This document shows, in pieces, positions 1 to 12,836 of a stretch of DNA of 64,000 nt. The first letter of the stretch is position 1; every line of letters begins with the position of its first letter. Source of the DNA: Massalongia carnosa (lineage: Eukaryota); the NCBI GenBank assembly GCA_965645245.1, contig OZ287075.1, positions 1,302,001 to 1,366,000 of the forward strand, given 5' to 3'. The position numbers and the translations under genes were made by a program. The notes below the pieces were generated by a model. The model was given only the letters and a program-made list of their open reading frames with translations, ran no database searches and was not told the DNA's origin.

Positions 1-21
1 AGCAATATATCTAGGTCTGCC

Positions 22-348
22 AGCAGCAAGAAAAGAAAAACCGCCCCAGCCGGCTCTCATGAAGTATCGCCGGCAGGCCCAAGCCGCCCAACAGGAACGT
101 CGTGGAAGGACACAGAGATCATGAAGCCCATGAACATGCAAAGAGCAATGGCAAAGCCCATTCTAGGCAGACCACCCAACACGTCAACGACGATGGCTGC
201 AACACCCGCCCCCACCCGCACCAATCCCGCCGCCCACCCGCTGCAACCCTCCCCGCCGACCCCCGACACACCTCCCCCCCTCGACGACCAAGGACTAATC
301 ACCCGCACCGCTCCTGCAACGGACGTAATGGAAGAAGGATGTTTATGA
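22..348 (+). pseudogene. C-terminal remnant of LINE ORF1 (gag-like)
   Basis: Open frame from the element's 5' end (SSKKRKTAPAG...ILGRPPNT...VMEEGCL*); its stop lies just past the ORF2 ATG, as is usual for LINE ORF1/ORF2 junctions. Confidence 0.6.
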
Positions 349-3300
349 AGGACACAAACTCCATTAACATACTACAGTACAACGTCAGAAACGACCGAGT
401 AAGTACAATGATACCACTTTTGGCAGATTCAAACACGCAGGACTACGACGTTATAGCAATACAGGAACCATGGCGGAGCACGCACGCCCCGACCACTCTT
501 AGCTCTCACCAAAGCGGATTCCACCTTCTATATCGCCCCGGCGGCGACACACGCGTATGCTTCTACGTCAACGAGAAAATCGACCCGGAAAGCTGGGAAG
601 TAGAATTCCCAACCGCAGACCTATGCACGTTGAAATTGAACGTGAGCACCGACGGTGTTACGAGAACGTTGCACATTCATAACGTGTATAACCCGTCCCC
701 GTCTTCTTATTCATCCACAGACAGCCCCTCCACGCTCCCGGCTGTTCGTCAGCAACTCGCCGCAGATGCACAGCACGTCCTCCTCGGCGATTTCAACCTT
801 CACCATCCATTTTGGAACGGAGTCACAAGGCCAACGCAACACGCAGCCGCGGACCAACTACTGGATATAGTAGAAGAATTCGATCTCTCACTTACACTGC
901 CCAAAGGGACCGTTACATGGGAGGCTCGGAACTCTTTTAGCACCATAGACCTAGTATTTATGTCGGAATTCCTGACGGAAAGACTAGAACACTGCATGTC
1001 GAGACCGGAAATGAACCAATCCTCTGATCACATCCCGATTTCCACCCGCATTCTTCTCGGTAGTGAACAGCTAACGCAAGTCAAGCGCAGAGCATGGAAA
1101 CTGCTGAACATGGAGAAACTGAGAGAGGCAGAAAGCAACGCCCCGCCCGTCACCCACCCTCGCTCCGCCGAGGAAATTGACCAGTACGCTCAGACAATCC
1201 AAGAGTATCTTCAGAAAATCATAGCCGCCTCCGTCCCCTGGGCCAGACCCAGCGAATACGCGAAACCTTTTTGGAACGAAGAATGCAATCGCGCCATCCG
1301 TGAGACTCGCAAATTGCGCCGTTCCTGGTCGTCATCGCGTCACATGGACGACTGGAAAGCGTACATGAAGTCCAACGACAAGAAGCAAAAGATAATCCGA
1401 AAAGCAAAAATGCTCTCATTCCGCAAAGAGATCAGTGCAGTCACCGAGTCGCCGCTGGGCATATGGAAGCTGGCAAGATGGGCAAAAGATAGAAGCCAGA
1501 AGCCCCGCGAGATACTGAAAATGCCGCCACTGAGGCACGGAGGGCAGACGGCGGAGACGTTCGAAGAAAAAGCGGAAATGCTGAAAGCCAAGTTCTTTCC
1601 CCCACCACCGCCGGCGGACCTGAGCGACATACCTGGGTCATTCTACCCCGCTGCCGCGGATTGTCCCATGATGATCACAAAGAACGAAGTGATCGCAAAC
1701 ATACAATGCCTCAAGTCCGACAAGGCTCCGGGTCCTGACGGGATCACCAACAAAATCCTCAAGGCATGCTCTACAAAGCTAGCAGAATTGCTAACCCCTT
1801 TATTTCAGGCGTGCGTCACGCAAGCGTATCATCCTCGCGAGTTCAAAAGAGCGAACACGATAACGCTCAAAAAACCGGGAAAGAAAGACAACACCAGCCC
1901 AAAGGCATATCGGCCCATAGCTCTCCTGAACACAATGGGTAAAGTTCTAGAAGCGGTCATCGCAAAGAAAATCACCCACATAGCGGAACAGCATCGGCTC
2001 TTGCCCGACACGCAAATGGGTGCTCGGCGAGGGCGATCCACCGAGTCCGCACTCGAGCTTCTCACAGAACAGGTATACACCGTATGGGGACAAGGCAACG
2101 ACAAGGTGGCAACCCTACTCAGCATGGATGTGGCAGGTACGTTTGACACGGTGTCTCACCATAGGCTAATACACAATCTACGGAAAAGGAAAATTCCGAA
2201 ATGGATCACAGACTGGACAGCAAGCTTTCTGGAGAATAGGAAAACCACATTAGCAATAAATCGGCGAGCAACCGGGGAGTTCGCAGTGCGCACGGGCATT
2301 CCTCAAGGCTCGCCCATTTCCCCTATTCTGTATCTGTTCTACAACGCGGACCTATTAGAGATATGCCAGAGACCCGGCACGAACACGAGTGCGCTGGGAT
2401 TCGTAGACGACGTAAACGTGTTGGCATACGGTAAAAGCACGGAAGAAAATTGCAGAACTCTTGAAAGAATTCACAGGAAATGCGAATTGTGGGCGACACG
2501 GCATGGCTCCGTATTTGCACCGGATAAATATGAACTCATTCATTTGTCAAGAAATCCAAAGAAATTCAACATGACGGCCACTATTCAAATTGAAACCAAT
2601 CTGATTGAACCAAAAACGGACATAAGAGTACTGGGCCTACAAATCGACACAAAACTAAAATGGGGAGCTCATATACGGAAGACGCAGGAAAAGATGACGT
2701 CGCAGTCGCTAGCGCTCACAAAAATCTCGGCATCCACCTGGGGAGCATCCTTCGCAAAGGCCCGGCAGGTCTACACCTCCGTCGTCCGCCCGGCAATGAC
2801 ATACGGAAGCGCCGTGTGGCACACGCCCAAGGAAATCAAGAAAAACAAGGCCACGATGTCCAAACTCAGTGTCATGCAGAACAAATGCCTACGCACTGTG
2901 GCAGGAGCGTTTAAAGCAACACCCGTCGAGGTTCTCGAAGCGGAAACTTTCATCGCCCCTATGGAGCTACACTTGGATCATCTGCAGATGAAAGCAAGAT
3001 ACCGCCTACGGGCCTCAGGGCAAGCGAAACTGATCACCACTGCCTGCAGCACAATAGCGAACAAGCTACGAGGCAAGGCAGGACGCAAAAGAATACAACG
3101 CCCCACCCTAGGAGATTTAAAACACGAATGGGCCAGCAAGATGCTAAACAACGAAGCCCCAGCCGCAATACCGCCGCCGCCCCGACCCTGGTCAGGACCC
3201 GACCCTGTCCGTCTCGAGAAATACATCACGGCACGCCGAATTATCGGAAAGCACGCAAAGACCATTACAGTACGAATCAAGGAGCGTTGGGAGACCAGGT

Positions 3301-3707
3301 GGAAGGCGTATCAGGACCGCGTTCCCTACCCAACAGAGGCACAGCTCGGACCACTCAACAGAACTAGATCGAAGATTCATGACAACTTGATGAAGGCGGA
3401 AAGCGCGCTAACCACGCAAATCCGCACTGAGAAAATAGGTTTGGCAAACTTCCTGTTCAATCGTCGGGTTCCGGGAGCTATGACTCCAGCTTGCTCGTGT
3501 GGCTGGCAGAAACAGACTGCCAAACACATCATATTACACTGCAGACTAATCGAAGGCAGATATGAGCTGCTCAGACAATTGGGCACCCACGACTACCGGA
3601 CGATTACGCGTTCGTCGAAAATGCTGAAAAAGCTAACTGCATGGATAATAAAAGCAAACTTGTTAACACAGTTCTCACTAGCATCGCAAATGTTATACGA
3701 GATATAA
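339..3707 (+). CDS. LINE ORF2: AP endonuclease + reverse transcriptase + C-terminal CCHC finger, uninterrupted
   Basis: APE motifs ILQYNV, IAIQEPW, LLGDFNLHHP, SDH; RT motifs KAPGPDGI, YRPIALL, GIPQGSPISPILY, FVDD; CSCG...HIILHC. ATG at 339 chosen over the GTG at 102 given in the ORF track. Confidence 0.93.
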   Translation: MFMKDTNSINILQYNVRNDRVSTMIPLLADSNTQDYDVIAIQEPWRSTHAPTTLSSHQSGFHLLYRPGGDTRVCFYVNEKIDPESWEVEFPTADLCTLKLNVSTDGVTRTLHIHNVYNPSPSSYSSTDSPSTLPAVRQQLAADAQHVLLGDFNLHHPFWNGVTRPTQHAAADQLLDIVEEFDLSLTLPKGTVTWEARNSFSTIDLVFMSEFLTERLEHCMSRPEMNQSSDHIPISTRILLGSEQLTQVKRRAWKLLNMEKLREAESNAPPVTHPRSAEEIDQYAQTIQEYLQKIIAASVPWARPSEYAKPFWNEECNRAIRETRKLRRSWSSSRHMDDWKAYMKSNDKKQKIIRKAKMLSFRKEISAVTESPLGIWKLARWAKDRSQKPREILKMPPLRHGGQTAETFEEKAEMLKAKFFPPPPPADLSDIPGSFYPAAADCPMMITKNEVIANIQCLKSDKAPGPDGITNKILKACSTKLAELLTPLFQACVTQAYHPREFKRANTITLKKPGKKDNTSPKAYRPIALLNTMGKVLEAVIAKKITHIAEQHRLLPDTQMGARRGRSTESALELLTEQVYTVWGQGNDKVATLLSMDVAGTFDTVSHHRLIHNLRKRKIPKWITDWTASFLENRKTTLAINRRATGEFAVRTGIPQGSPISPILYLFYNADLLEICQRPGTNTSALGFVDDVNVLAYGKSTEENCRTLERIHRKCELWATRHGSVFAPDKYELIHLSRNPKKFNMTATIQIETNLIEPKTDIRVLGLQIDTKLKWGAHIRKTQEKMTSQSLALTKISASTWGASFAKARQVYTSVVRPAMTYGSAVWHTPKEIKKNKATMSKLSVMQNKCLRTVAGAFKATPVEVLEAETFIAPMELHLDHLQMKARYRLRASGQAKLITTACSTIANKLRGKAGRKRIQRPTLGDLKHEWASKMLNNEAPAAIPPPPRPWSGPDPVRLEKYITARRIIGKHAKTITVRIKERWETRWKAYQDRVPYPTEAQLGPLNRTRSKIHDNLMKAESALTTQIRTEKIGLANFLFNRRVPGAMTPACSCGWQKQTAKHIILHCRLIEGRYELLRQLGTHDYRTITRSSKMLKKLTAWIIKANLLTQFSLASQMLYEI

Positions 3708-3929
3708 CTTCTCATTTTCGTCAAGGATTCTAAAGAAAAACGATCACAGAGAGCAGCCTGTTGCCAGCGAGGCTCCGGAGGTAGTGCGTAGTCTACGGGG
3801 TTTTTATTCCCAAGAAGGGTTTTCCTTGTATGATAAACATAGACAGCCCGCATGGGCCGGCCTTCGGCCGGTGTCATATCGGAATAAGAATAAATCAATC
3901 AATCAATCAATCAATATCTAGGTCTGAAT

Positions 3930-5600
3930 TGACCTACTGATCATGCAGTCCTGGAATAGGGTTCTACGCTGGGAAGATCTGTCTTTCTCCATTTCTTAAA
4001 CCTGTCATAAAAAATTTTTCTCCAAATAAGTCTAGGAAGATTTCCTATTTCCCTTCTCCTCTATACTTGCGTCGTTGGATTCTCTCGGCTAGCAGTTTCG
4101 ATGCTCTGATTCTCATATTGTAGATACTTCACCAAATAATGTTGGGCGCTACCTTATCGCATTGGACGATATGACGAAATCGTCAGACAACCCAGCAATA
4201 AAGGGACGGAGGAAACTGGTGGCATGGTGTGAGATTTGCCCGCCTAGAGAAACTTTCAGATAGAGAAGACATTCTCCTTCGCTGTTTCAACTATGCCTCT
4301 ACTAGCATGGTTCGTAAGTCGCCCTGACTCTATGCTTGGATGCTAATCACTCGATAGATCGTAGTGAGAATCTCGGCGCTGGGTCGGTAAGTTCAGGCAA
4401 TACATAAAGTATAGAGCATAGACGCTGATGAGAAAGCCCAACGAACTGATCAAAGACCTTGCCCTCGCCCTGATCTCAGAGTTCAAACGAGGCAAGAGAA
4501 CCGAACGGCGCCACCCAGGCAATCGCCTCGAAGTGCAAGTAATGCGCGACATGATCAATAAAGATCGCCAACTCTACCTTGATATGAGTAAGAACCAGAA
4601 GTATTAATTGGACTCCCAATCTAAGAACTCTCGTAATGATAAGTTTTTCAAAGAACTTATAACACATTGCAAGTGAGATTTGGGCGCGAGGTTAGGATAA
4701 GTCTCCTCGAAAATCGTTTGTCTTCAGACGGGATAGTCCAGATCTCTTGAATGGTATTGAGTCACCAACGCATAGTCAAATTCTCTTTATAAAACCTTGA
4801 CTGACATAAGCTATATCTGCATCAAACGAACATGTCACTGATTACAACAGCTTGTAGACTTTGCCATACAAGCACTTCGAGGCCCTCCCAGGCAAGAACG
4901 TGCTCAGCAAGTTCATCGATGGGTTGAATGGGTGGTTGAATGTGCCTACACAATCCCTCGCTATCATCAACGAGATAATCAAGCTGTTTAACACGATTCC
5001 TCTTGGAGTATGGATAGTATAGTATAACCCGTGCTTTTGGTATGAGCGTTTCTCGGCACTAACTACGGTGCTTTCCAAGGCTCGAAGACATTGAAGACGG
5101 ATTGTTCCTTCGTCATGGGCTACTAGCTACACACCATACTCTATGGCCGGGATTAGCCGATCTACGTCAAAGCTGAGGCTATACTGCTAAACCACTAGAA
5201 CGAAAAGTGCAAAGAGATCTTCGTCTGCATATGCCCTTTTTTATGGCAGTAAGTCGGAAATAAGAAACAACGGACTCTCCTAGACGAAATTGAGAATCCG
5301 AAAATCGGCTAAAATCTGGACCTTTATTGGGGCTTCCATGGCCGTTGCCCCTTTGAAGGCGAATATTTTCGCATTGTTGATCTGAAAACTGGAGGTCTTT
5401 TTCGATTGAATGTTTTTCTCATGGAGATGCGAAGCCGTCGAGTCCGTGTCTCCTAGAGCTCATGACGCTGCTGGGTCGATACTATCAAGTTCATGATGAC
5501 TATTAGAATCTCATATAGGGAAATTTTCATGCTGCATTCGATCCATCTCCTCTTTAACGTGTTGCGGTAGACCCTTCTCCATTAAATGGATTCAACGACC
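3930..5600 (-). pseudogene. Possible decayed coding sequence of unknown family
   Basis: Long protein-like stretches on the minus strand (e.g. AYADEDLFALFVLVV*QYSLSFDVDRLIPAIEYG; IQPIDELAEHVLAWEGLEVLVWQSLQ; TIFEETYPNLAPKSHLQ) broken by stops and shifts; family not recognised. Confidence 0.3.
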
Positions 5601-6707
5601 TGTCCACTCTTTTCTTGTCTTTTATCCTATCTGCCGAACGCCATCGTTCTCTTAGCGGCCAAACGATAACCACGCAAAGCCAACACCAATCCAAAAAACA
5701 CAGTATGCTTTCAGAAAAGGGTTTTGCGAAGGTCTTTCCGCACCCAGTTTTCGCTGCCTCAAATCTGCCTTCTCCAGTACTCCTCGCACACCATGTTCAA
5801 CTGTTTTTATCGTGCTCATCTTGATGTTGGATACCTAAGATAGCCTGAATGTCGTAACTCATTATCATCGAACAACACCGTCGCTTTCATAATTGACTTT
5901 TATGACTTCAAACTCATCCAAAACCCCCTTTGCCTGGATACTTAGTCCTCGTCCGCCTAATTGAGTTCCAAATTAGTGTACACTCAACATCGCAATATCT
6001 AACGGAAAAAAGTTCCTTCTGAGAACACTTGTTTTCATCATTTAGTTACGTATTACCATAAAATAAGTCAAAACCCACCGGCTAGCTAGCTAGCTTATAT
6101 GTTGTGGAAAGGGGGGATGGGGGTTCTGGTGTGAGAAATCCATCTAGATTTCCAGCATGTTTCATGTACCATTACTAAATTATTAGAGTCACATTGAAAG
6201 TCCCACATTAAGTGATAAAACATACTCCTTTGGGAGAAAGATGCTGATCCCGGCCATTTTATCAAAGCGCCTTTGTGCAACAAAATAAAACACAAAGAGT
6301 TCTCTTTACAACGCATCAGCCCCCCTCCCTCGCTCAAGATGGCCATGGCATGCTTTTATTCTGCACACAGCCAACCAAATACGTGCTTTGAATCCGACCC
6401 TCCAAATCGCCGTTTATTAAATTTCTCGCCAGCAAGACTTGTTCCCCGTACACACAGTGGACCTTTTTGATATGGAAAAAAAGCCGGCCCTCCCTCCCTC
6501 CATCCCTTCCTGTACATATGGATATCAAAAGCTCACAACGCACAGCCCAGGAGTAACAAGACTGATGAGATGCACCATTTAATGACAAGGGGATATCCAG
6601 CCACAACACAGCGCCCGCACATCAGCACATGCCCAACTAAGGAACGCCTGGAATGCGAAAAATGCCCTGACCCCCCAATCCAATTGGAAGAAAATTAACT
6701 CATTAGC

Positions 6708-8260
6708 TTAGCCCCACACGGACGCTTGGACACCTAGAGAGTTTTTGCCCCAGACTCCACTACTGCTTCCCCAGGCCATGCTGCCCACGGTAGAGTCCTT
6801 CACTCCAGCAGGAGGGTTAGAGGCGGCTGATGTGGAACGCTCGTTTCCTGTCGAGATGGCGGTTAGGCTTTCGTTGGGAGCAAAGCCATAGCTGAGAGGA
6901 GAAGGAAGCGGTGTAGTCGAGCGTTTGTTAAGAACTGGGTTGACTGCCTGATTTTGAACTGGACGGGTCCCAATTGGAGCAACGCCTGTACCAATAGGAG
7001 CGGTCGCAGACTTTACCTGGCGCGGTGGTGATCCACCAGGGGATGAGGTAGAAGTTCGGCTTGACTGTTGGGCAGTATTTTCGAAGAGGCTGAAACTCTG
7101 TGGATTAGACGCCGGGGACGAGGTACTATTGGCGCGGGAGCGTTGCGGTTGCGGCTTTGGGGAAGGACCCGCAGGCGCCTGCTGCTGGCTCTGCTCTGCG
7201 GTAGGTTCGGAGGCCACAGGTTGCACTTGGTTTTGAGTGATTCCAAACGAGTTATATGTGAGTGGGGATGGTCCGCGCCCGCTGGTGGTAGACGCGGGAG
7301 CTCCGGCTGTTTGAGCGGACGCCCGGGGTGTATGGCTTTCATCTCCGAAATTGCCACTTTCAAAAAAAGAATTTCCATCGTTACCATAGAGTGCTCGATG
7401 CTGACGTGCAATTAGCTCCCGACGCTCCTCGTCGCTCATGGTATTGGGGCTGATAGCACGATCGTTTTTGTTTTGGGTAGAGATATCTAAATAAGAACGC
7501 GTGAATTAGATATACTTTCCCTCTGGAATGGAGACCCACTTCGGTTGTATTGCTGTTCCTGATGATAGTTTCGAAGTTCACGCTCTCGTTGGGCAGCCAT
7601 ACGACGCTTGGCTTGCATCATTTGTTCCGCTTCGTTAGCTCGAGGTTGGTGCCGCTGATTGGCATAATAGTTCTGCAGATTGGATCCAGCATGCGAGCGG
7701 GTAGGATCATATTCGGTGAGGGAATGGTGACGCTGTGTCATGCTGGATATTCGAGGATCTTGAGGAGCATCGTCAGCAAGCTTGAAAACACTCAAGTAAT
7801 TAATTACAAACCAAAATCAGGATAAGGCCTAGGGGCGGCGATCATTGGCATTGATTCTCGTCTTGATGGCGTATTGAAGAGCTTGCCACTTTTAGAGAGA
7901 TTATCCAGGGCGCGCTCAACCTCTAGAAACAAGTAAGTAAACATTCAGGAGACATATCATGGCCGTGCTCAAAATAGCTTATCGTAACATGTTGAGAAGA
8001 TCGGCCAAACAAAGCCAAGGCTTGAACTTGAGCTCTCGCCTGGTATCTCTGGTGAGTTTTCATGTCTTACCTTCGATCTGAATATCAAAAGCAGTTGTAT
8101 CCTCTTGCTGCATGGTCGAACTCGTCCCTTCAACGTGTCAGAAGATCTCCATTATCAACAATTCCATCCATGACGTACCGGATCGAGATGGAGGCGGAGG
8201 CTGCTCCCATGAAGTTTGACGAGCTGGCACCTGCCAAGATTGGGCTTCATAAAAGGACAT
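6708..8260 (-). CDS. Conserved Pezizomycotina hypothetical Q/S/P-rich protein, multi-exon
   Basis: GCCACC-ATG at 8260 (MSFYEAQSWQ...EQPPPPSRSG); GT-AG introns join exons containing ERALDNLSKSGK, EQMMQAKRRMAAQRERELRNYHQEQQYNRS and MSDEERRELIARQHRALYG...GVQASVWG*. Confidence 0.75.
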
Positions 8261-11200
8261 GGTGGCAAGAGAGCTTGAGCTTAGAACGAGGTCTAAGTGT
8301 TTCGCCTCGAATGCGATCCACGCTGCCAGACTCAAGGGAAATCGTGGGTGTATTATTGCTTACGCTTTACAACACCCACGTTAGCATGAGGCGATTCCAA
8401 AGCCCTGCATACATCAGAATGGTTGATTTTTGTCGGTAATAAAGGGATCGGACGATACGAAATCTTCGCGGGGGAGTAGCGAAAAAAAGCAAATTAGACT
8501 TACAGTTAGTGAACACCCTGCGGACTGAGGACTGATCACTCGTAAGAATGAACGGGCACTTACGAAGACTCAACAACGCATCTGACAATAGATACAGAAA
8601 TGAGGTCCAAAATGAATGGACGAAGGAGTTGGTTGACGAGGCGAGGATTGAGGAGAGAAAGGGTTCACCTATTATTATTGTCTCCGTGTTGGTGGGCCGT
8701 TAGGGACAATTAAGAGATGAGCAGGTCGGGGGAAAGAAGCCGGGATTCACTAGCCAAATTTGACGGGAGCGAGGAGCAATTTGCCTTATGGTGGGGAAGG
8801 TACCAAAAAAACGCCGTAATTTCCGTATCAAAAGTATGGTAGGAAAACCCAATACTCCTTGCCTACAAGCTAGAGGAGATTGCTTTGCAATTTTGCCAAG
8901 GATTTCAGAGCTAAACACTGTTAGCCTTTTGTAATATAGGGTACCTATCAAGTACGAATAAGTCCGTCATGTCGTACATTCAATCTAGATATTTAAGGGT
9001 TTGAACCTGTAAGTGCAAACAGCAACAACATCATAGTAAGTTACGCATCAACCAAACAACAATATCAACAAACGTCATAAACCGTTGTGACGGTACGAGG
9101 TCCCGGAGGTTGATCAGTCATGTCAAGACGTTTTGCCGTATCGTCCGGAAATACATAACAGGTACATCACGTCGTAGCCAAAGTTTCCAGCGGTACCCAG
9201 AGACTAACTAGTTACGGGTCGGCTAGTTGGGCTAGTACCGGGTATCGAGGAAACAATTCCATGTGGGAAAACATCCCCTTAAATCAACTTCATCGACTAG
9301 GCGACCACCAGCTAACATATATCGCATCTTCTTTGGATCATCAACACTTTGTCTTACACCTCTCAATGCTAATCGGTCAAAAAGTGCAAGGCGCGAAAAG
9401 AAATGCATTTCTAATCGATACTCTTTTTACGCATCTACTTCGTACACATCGACATACCCCGCCACGGATGCTGTGAACCTGTCGCTTGCGCGCAATACCG
9501 CGTGACCGCCCTTTTTCACCGTCTCACACGTTGCCACTTGAGAATGACCGCATGAACTCCACATGTCTCGTGTGTAACCTGCATACATCTAGCTGGTAGG
9601 CGATAGATAAGCGGAATGCTCAGTTACCGAACTCGCTTCTGGAGAATGGGGAACGGCGAACAAGGAGAGTCCTCCGCAGACATGCCGCATCAGCGCATTG
9701 GCTACTCGAGTTTTCCTTTTGCTCGCAGCTTTCCGCGATCAAAGGCTTGGCGAGTCTTTCAGCCTCATTCGAGCAACGGCTTGATCTGGACGTTTCAAAA
9801 TTTATGCAGCTAGTTAAATGGTATATCAGGTAGGGAGGAGAAGACTGCATGAAGGTGTGTTCTATTGAGATCTGTCTACATGGCTATTATATACTGCCTA
9901 GCGCGCCAAGGCTCGCAGGGCTGCGCTACACCTATAAAGGGGGTTGGAGGATAATTTAACACAGCTACCAAATCAGTCATAATGTGGGGATAAAAATGCA
10001 AATTAGAATACCTCGAAATTTGAGGGTTGAGCATCGACAAAGATTTATTCCTAATACCTTTCCCTATCTTTAAAGGTGCAGGACACTACTTAGTTCGCTT
10101 GCGAGTATCTCGAGATCTTACTTCGTGGTAGAATCTGAGGTACTGTAAAGATTGGTCGTCTAAGTAGATCTACTTCGTTTTTGTTATGTTACCCGCTCTT
10201 ACTTGCTAAGAAGCTCCCTTCAAGACTCAAGTTTCGCTGATGCTAGACATTGTCTGCTATCTCCTTGATGACTCAAGATCACAACCTATGCGCATGTTCT
10301 AGTTGCTGGGCCACAAACCGCTATTTCCTAGTATATTGCTATCTCCATACCTGCTGGCAAAGTTAGAGAACTGCCTGACGCGAAATTAGATTAGCTAGTT
10401 GAATTTTTCAGGGGGGGTAATGTATCATACCCCTTTTCAGTCTTCTTCCCTTTAGTTTTATGCTGATATTTGTACCTCCAATACACTGTAACCTTGAGCA
10501 TCTAAAAAACCATTCGAGACGAGAATTTACCACCACCTCGAGAAAAGTCCATGGAACGAAAGTCAAACCATTGAATCCTATCGCATTGCACAATTGCCTG
10601 TTAAGGGGTCAATACTTCCGATGCATCTGATGAGGATTTTTTGTGGAGAAACATGCCAGCAATTTTATTATGCGGAGGGTCTTCTGGATGCAATATCGGG
10701 ATTCCCCATTGCTCCAAATCACATGCTGCTGTCACGCAGTTTTCTAAGTTGGGAATTCCTAGCTTCGCATCGCGAGTGGTACTCAGATCCGTGACGTCAA
10801 AGCCAATCGCAGCTTCTCTAAAGGCAGCATCTGTCCAGGCATGTTTGGATCTTTCATCTCATCTTGTGCCATTCGTAATGATTCTATGAAGCAGGAATTC
10901 GCTGCCTGCCCACATACGGGATTTCATAGGAATACTGCAGCCCCGTGATGACGGTGCTTCGGACGTCACGATCTGTGTCCCCAGGGTTTCGGCCACTATC
11001 CCAAGCTGTGACTTTGACAATTATGAATGGCATCACATATATTACATAAATTCTTGTTATCACTAAGTGCCAAAGACAGGTCGGCAATGTTTACAAAATA
11101 GAACCCATTAATAGCTTCTACAGGATCCCAGAGGATTGTGCTTTACACTAAGTGACCGATAACGCTTATAATCGAATAACTGACAAATCCTCCCTGAACT

Positions 11201-11631
11201 CGAGCAATGAAACAGAATCAATCTTGCTATTTCACGAAGGCGGTCCGGCGGAAAATTCCAATGCGCTTGGTTGGAGGCCAAGGACGGTGCCTTCTCAACG
11301 GTGATTTTACATAATGGATACTAAACTGAAGGAAGACTTGTAAGTAGATACACTCGGTTGCTTTATATCATGGAGAGCACTAGTGTTCCACCTTTCTTTT
11401 AACAAATAATATCGCACTCCATTACGGCTAGCCTTCTTACCTCAGCGATATTCAAGCGGCAGCTTGGGACCAGGGTGCGTCCACTGTTCTACTTTTTGTT
11501 ATCGTAGCTATGATAAGTTATGTCCTCAGTCCCTGTGGGCATCACCATGAAGGCAGCCTCGCAGTAGTGTGGTTCGCCGAATATCGAATTTTTTTAGTTT
11601 TGAAAAGTAAACAACCACCTTTCAATCCATC

Positions 11632-12734
11632 ATGCCACCACCACGTACCTCTAAACAACCCAAAACTATGCGCAAAGAAGTGCCCGTCAAAAGCAGAGCT
11701 GAAATGTACGGTATTGGCCTCGCCGGCGCCTCCGTTAGTACTATACACGAGAAGTTTCCGCAACGGGGTCGTTCCATCATAGGAGACACTTTGAAGAAGG
11801 CTACAACACGCGACGATCACAAATTGGAAGTACGATCTGGTCGGCTCAAAATAATCACAGCACGAGAAGATCGTCATTTGATACTAGCAGCGATTAAATC
11901 GGGGTCAAAGGGTCGTCACAGCCTCTGGGGGAGTTGCAAGCTAACATTATGCCCGATGTTTCTCGAATCATCATGAAACGACGTCTTCGAGATCAAAACG
12001 TTCGCAAATGGCGCGCAGTTAATCGTACGATGTCAACGGAAGCTCATGTTGCTGATCGGCTGAGCTGGGCACATCAATATGAGGATATTTCGAAGGATGA
12101 GGGGGCTCAAGTATGTTGATGTGATGAGATGTCAGTTTGCAAACAGGATGGGAGTGAGAATGTGTGAGTTTTTCGACTTCCAAATGAGAAATGGAATCAA
12201 GAATGCTTCGAACCAGTCAACAATGAATCGAGAGTCACAAAGATGTTCTGAGATTGCTTTGCAGGCAATCGACGAGGTGGTCTGACCTCGTTGAAGCCCG
12301 ATTCAGATCGTACGGAAAAGAAAAATATCACTGGGTTGATTATACTCGATGCCTATAAAGAACATCTTTCTATGATGCTCGATGACGATTCGGGCATTTT
12401 TTTCATGCAAGATGAAGCTAAAACACACAAAATTCGAGAGACAATGGACAGGTTCAAAGAAAAGGGGTACACGGTCATGAATTGACCGACCTACTCCCCC
12501 GATTGGAACCTCATCGAGATGATATGAAAGAGAGTGAAGAACATAGTCTTTAGAAGACATCCCGAATTACGCATTCTGTCAGCAAGTGTCTCAAAAATTC
12601 AAGAGGCCATTGTTGATGCTGTCTTGAAGGCATGGGACTACATAACGGAGGCGTTTTTGGAAAGTTTAATGTGGTCAATGCCTCATCAAGTGCAAGCAGT
12701 CCTGAATACAAATGGAGGTTATACTAAATATTAG
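11632..12734 (+). pseudogene. Degenerate Tc1/mariner (IS630-Tc1) transposase
   Basis: Fragments in shifting frames: N-terminal HTH region, CDEMSV, FMQDEAKTH, N*PTYSPDWNLIE, SMPHQVQAVLNTNGGYTKY*; stops and frameshifts; TIRs not confidently found. Confidence 0.88.
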
Positions 12735-12836
12735 CTATATGTATACAAATAATCGCATCATTTTAATGAAACGTTGATTTTGTAGCAGCAAGCACAGATA
12801 ATTCATACTGCTATGAAATTCGTTTTAAATTTGCTT

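Larger units (their letters stand above)
20..3913 (+). mobile_element. 5'-truncated Tad-type fungal LINE (non-LTR retrotransposon)
   Basis: 13-bp direct repeat ATATCTAGGTCTG at 7-19 and 3914-3926 (target site duplication); (AATC)5 tail at 3893-3912; ORF1 remnant followed by complete APE-RT ORF2. Confidence 0.95.

Noticed and set aside
102..338. N-terminal extension of LINE ORF2 from the GTG at 102
   Set aside because: It overlaps the ORF1 remnant in another frame; endonuclease motifs begin only after the ATG at 339.
10400..11100. Short overlapping ORFs upstream of the Tc1 relic
   Set aside because: No domain recognised; cannot be distinguished from chance ORFs.
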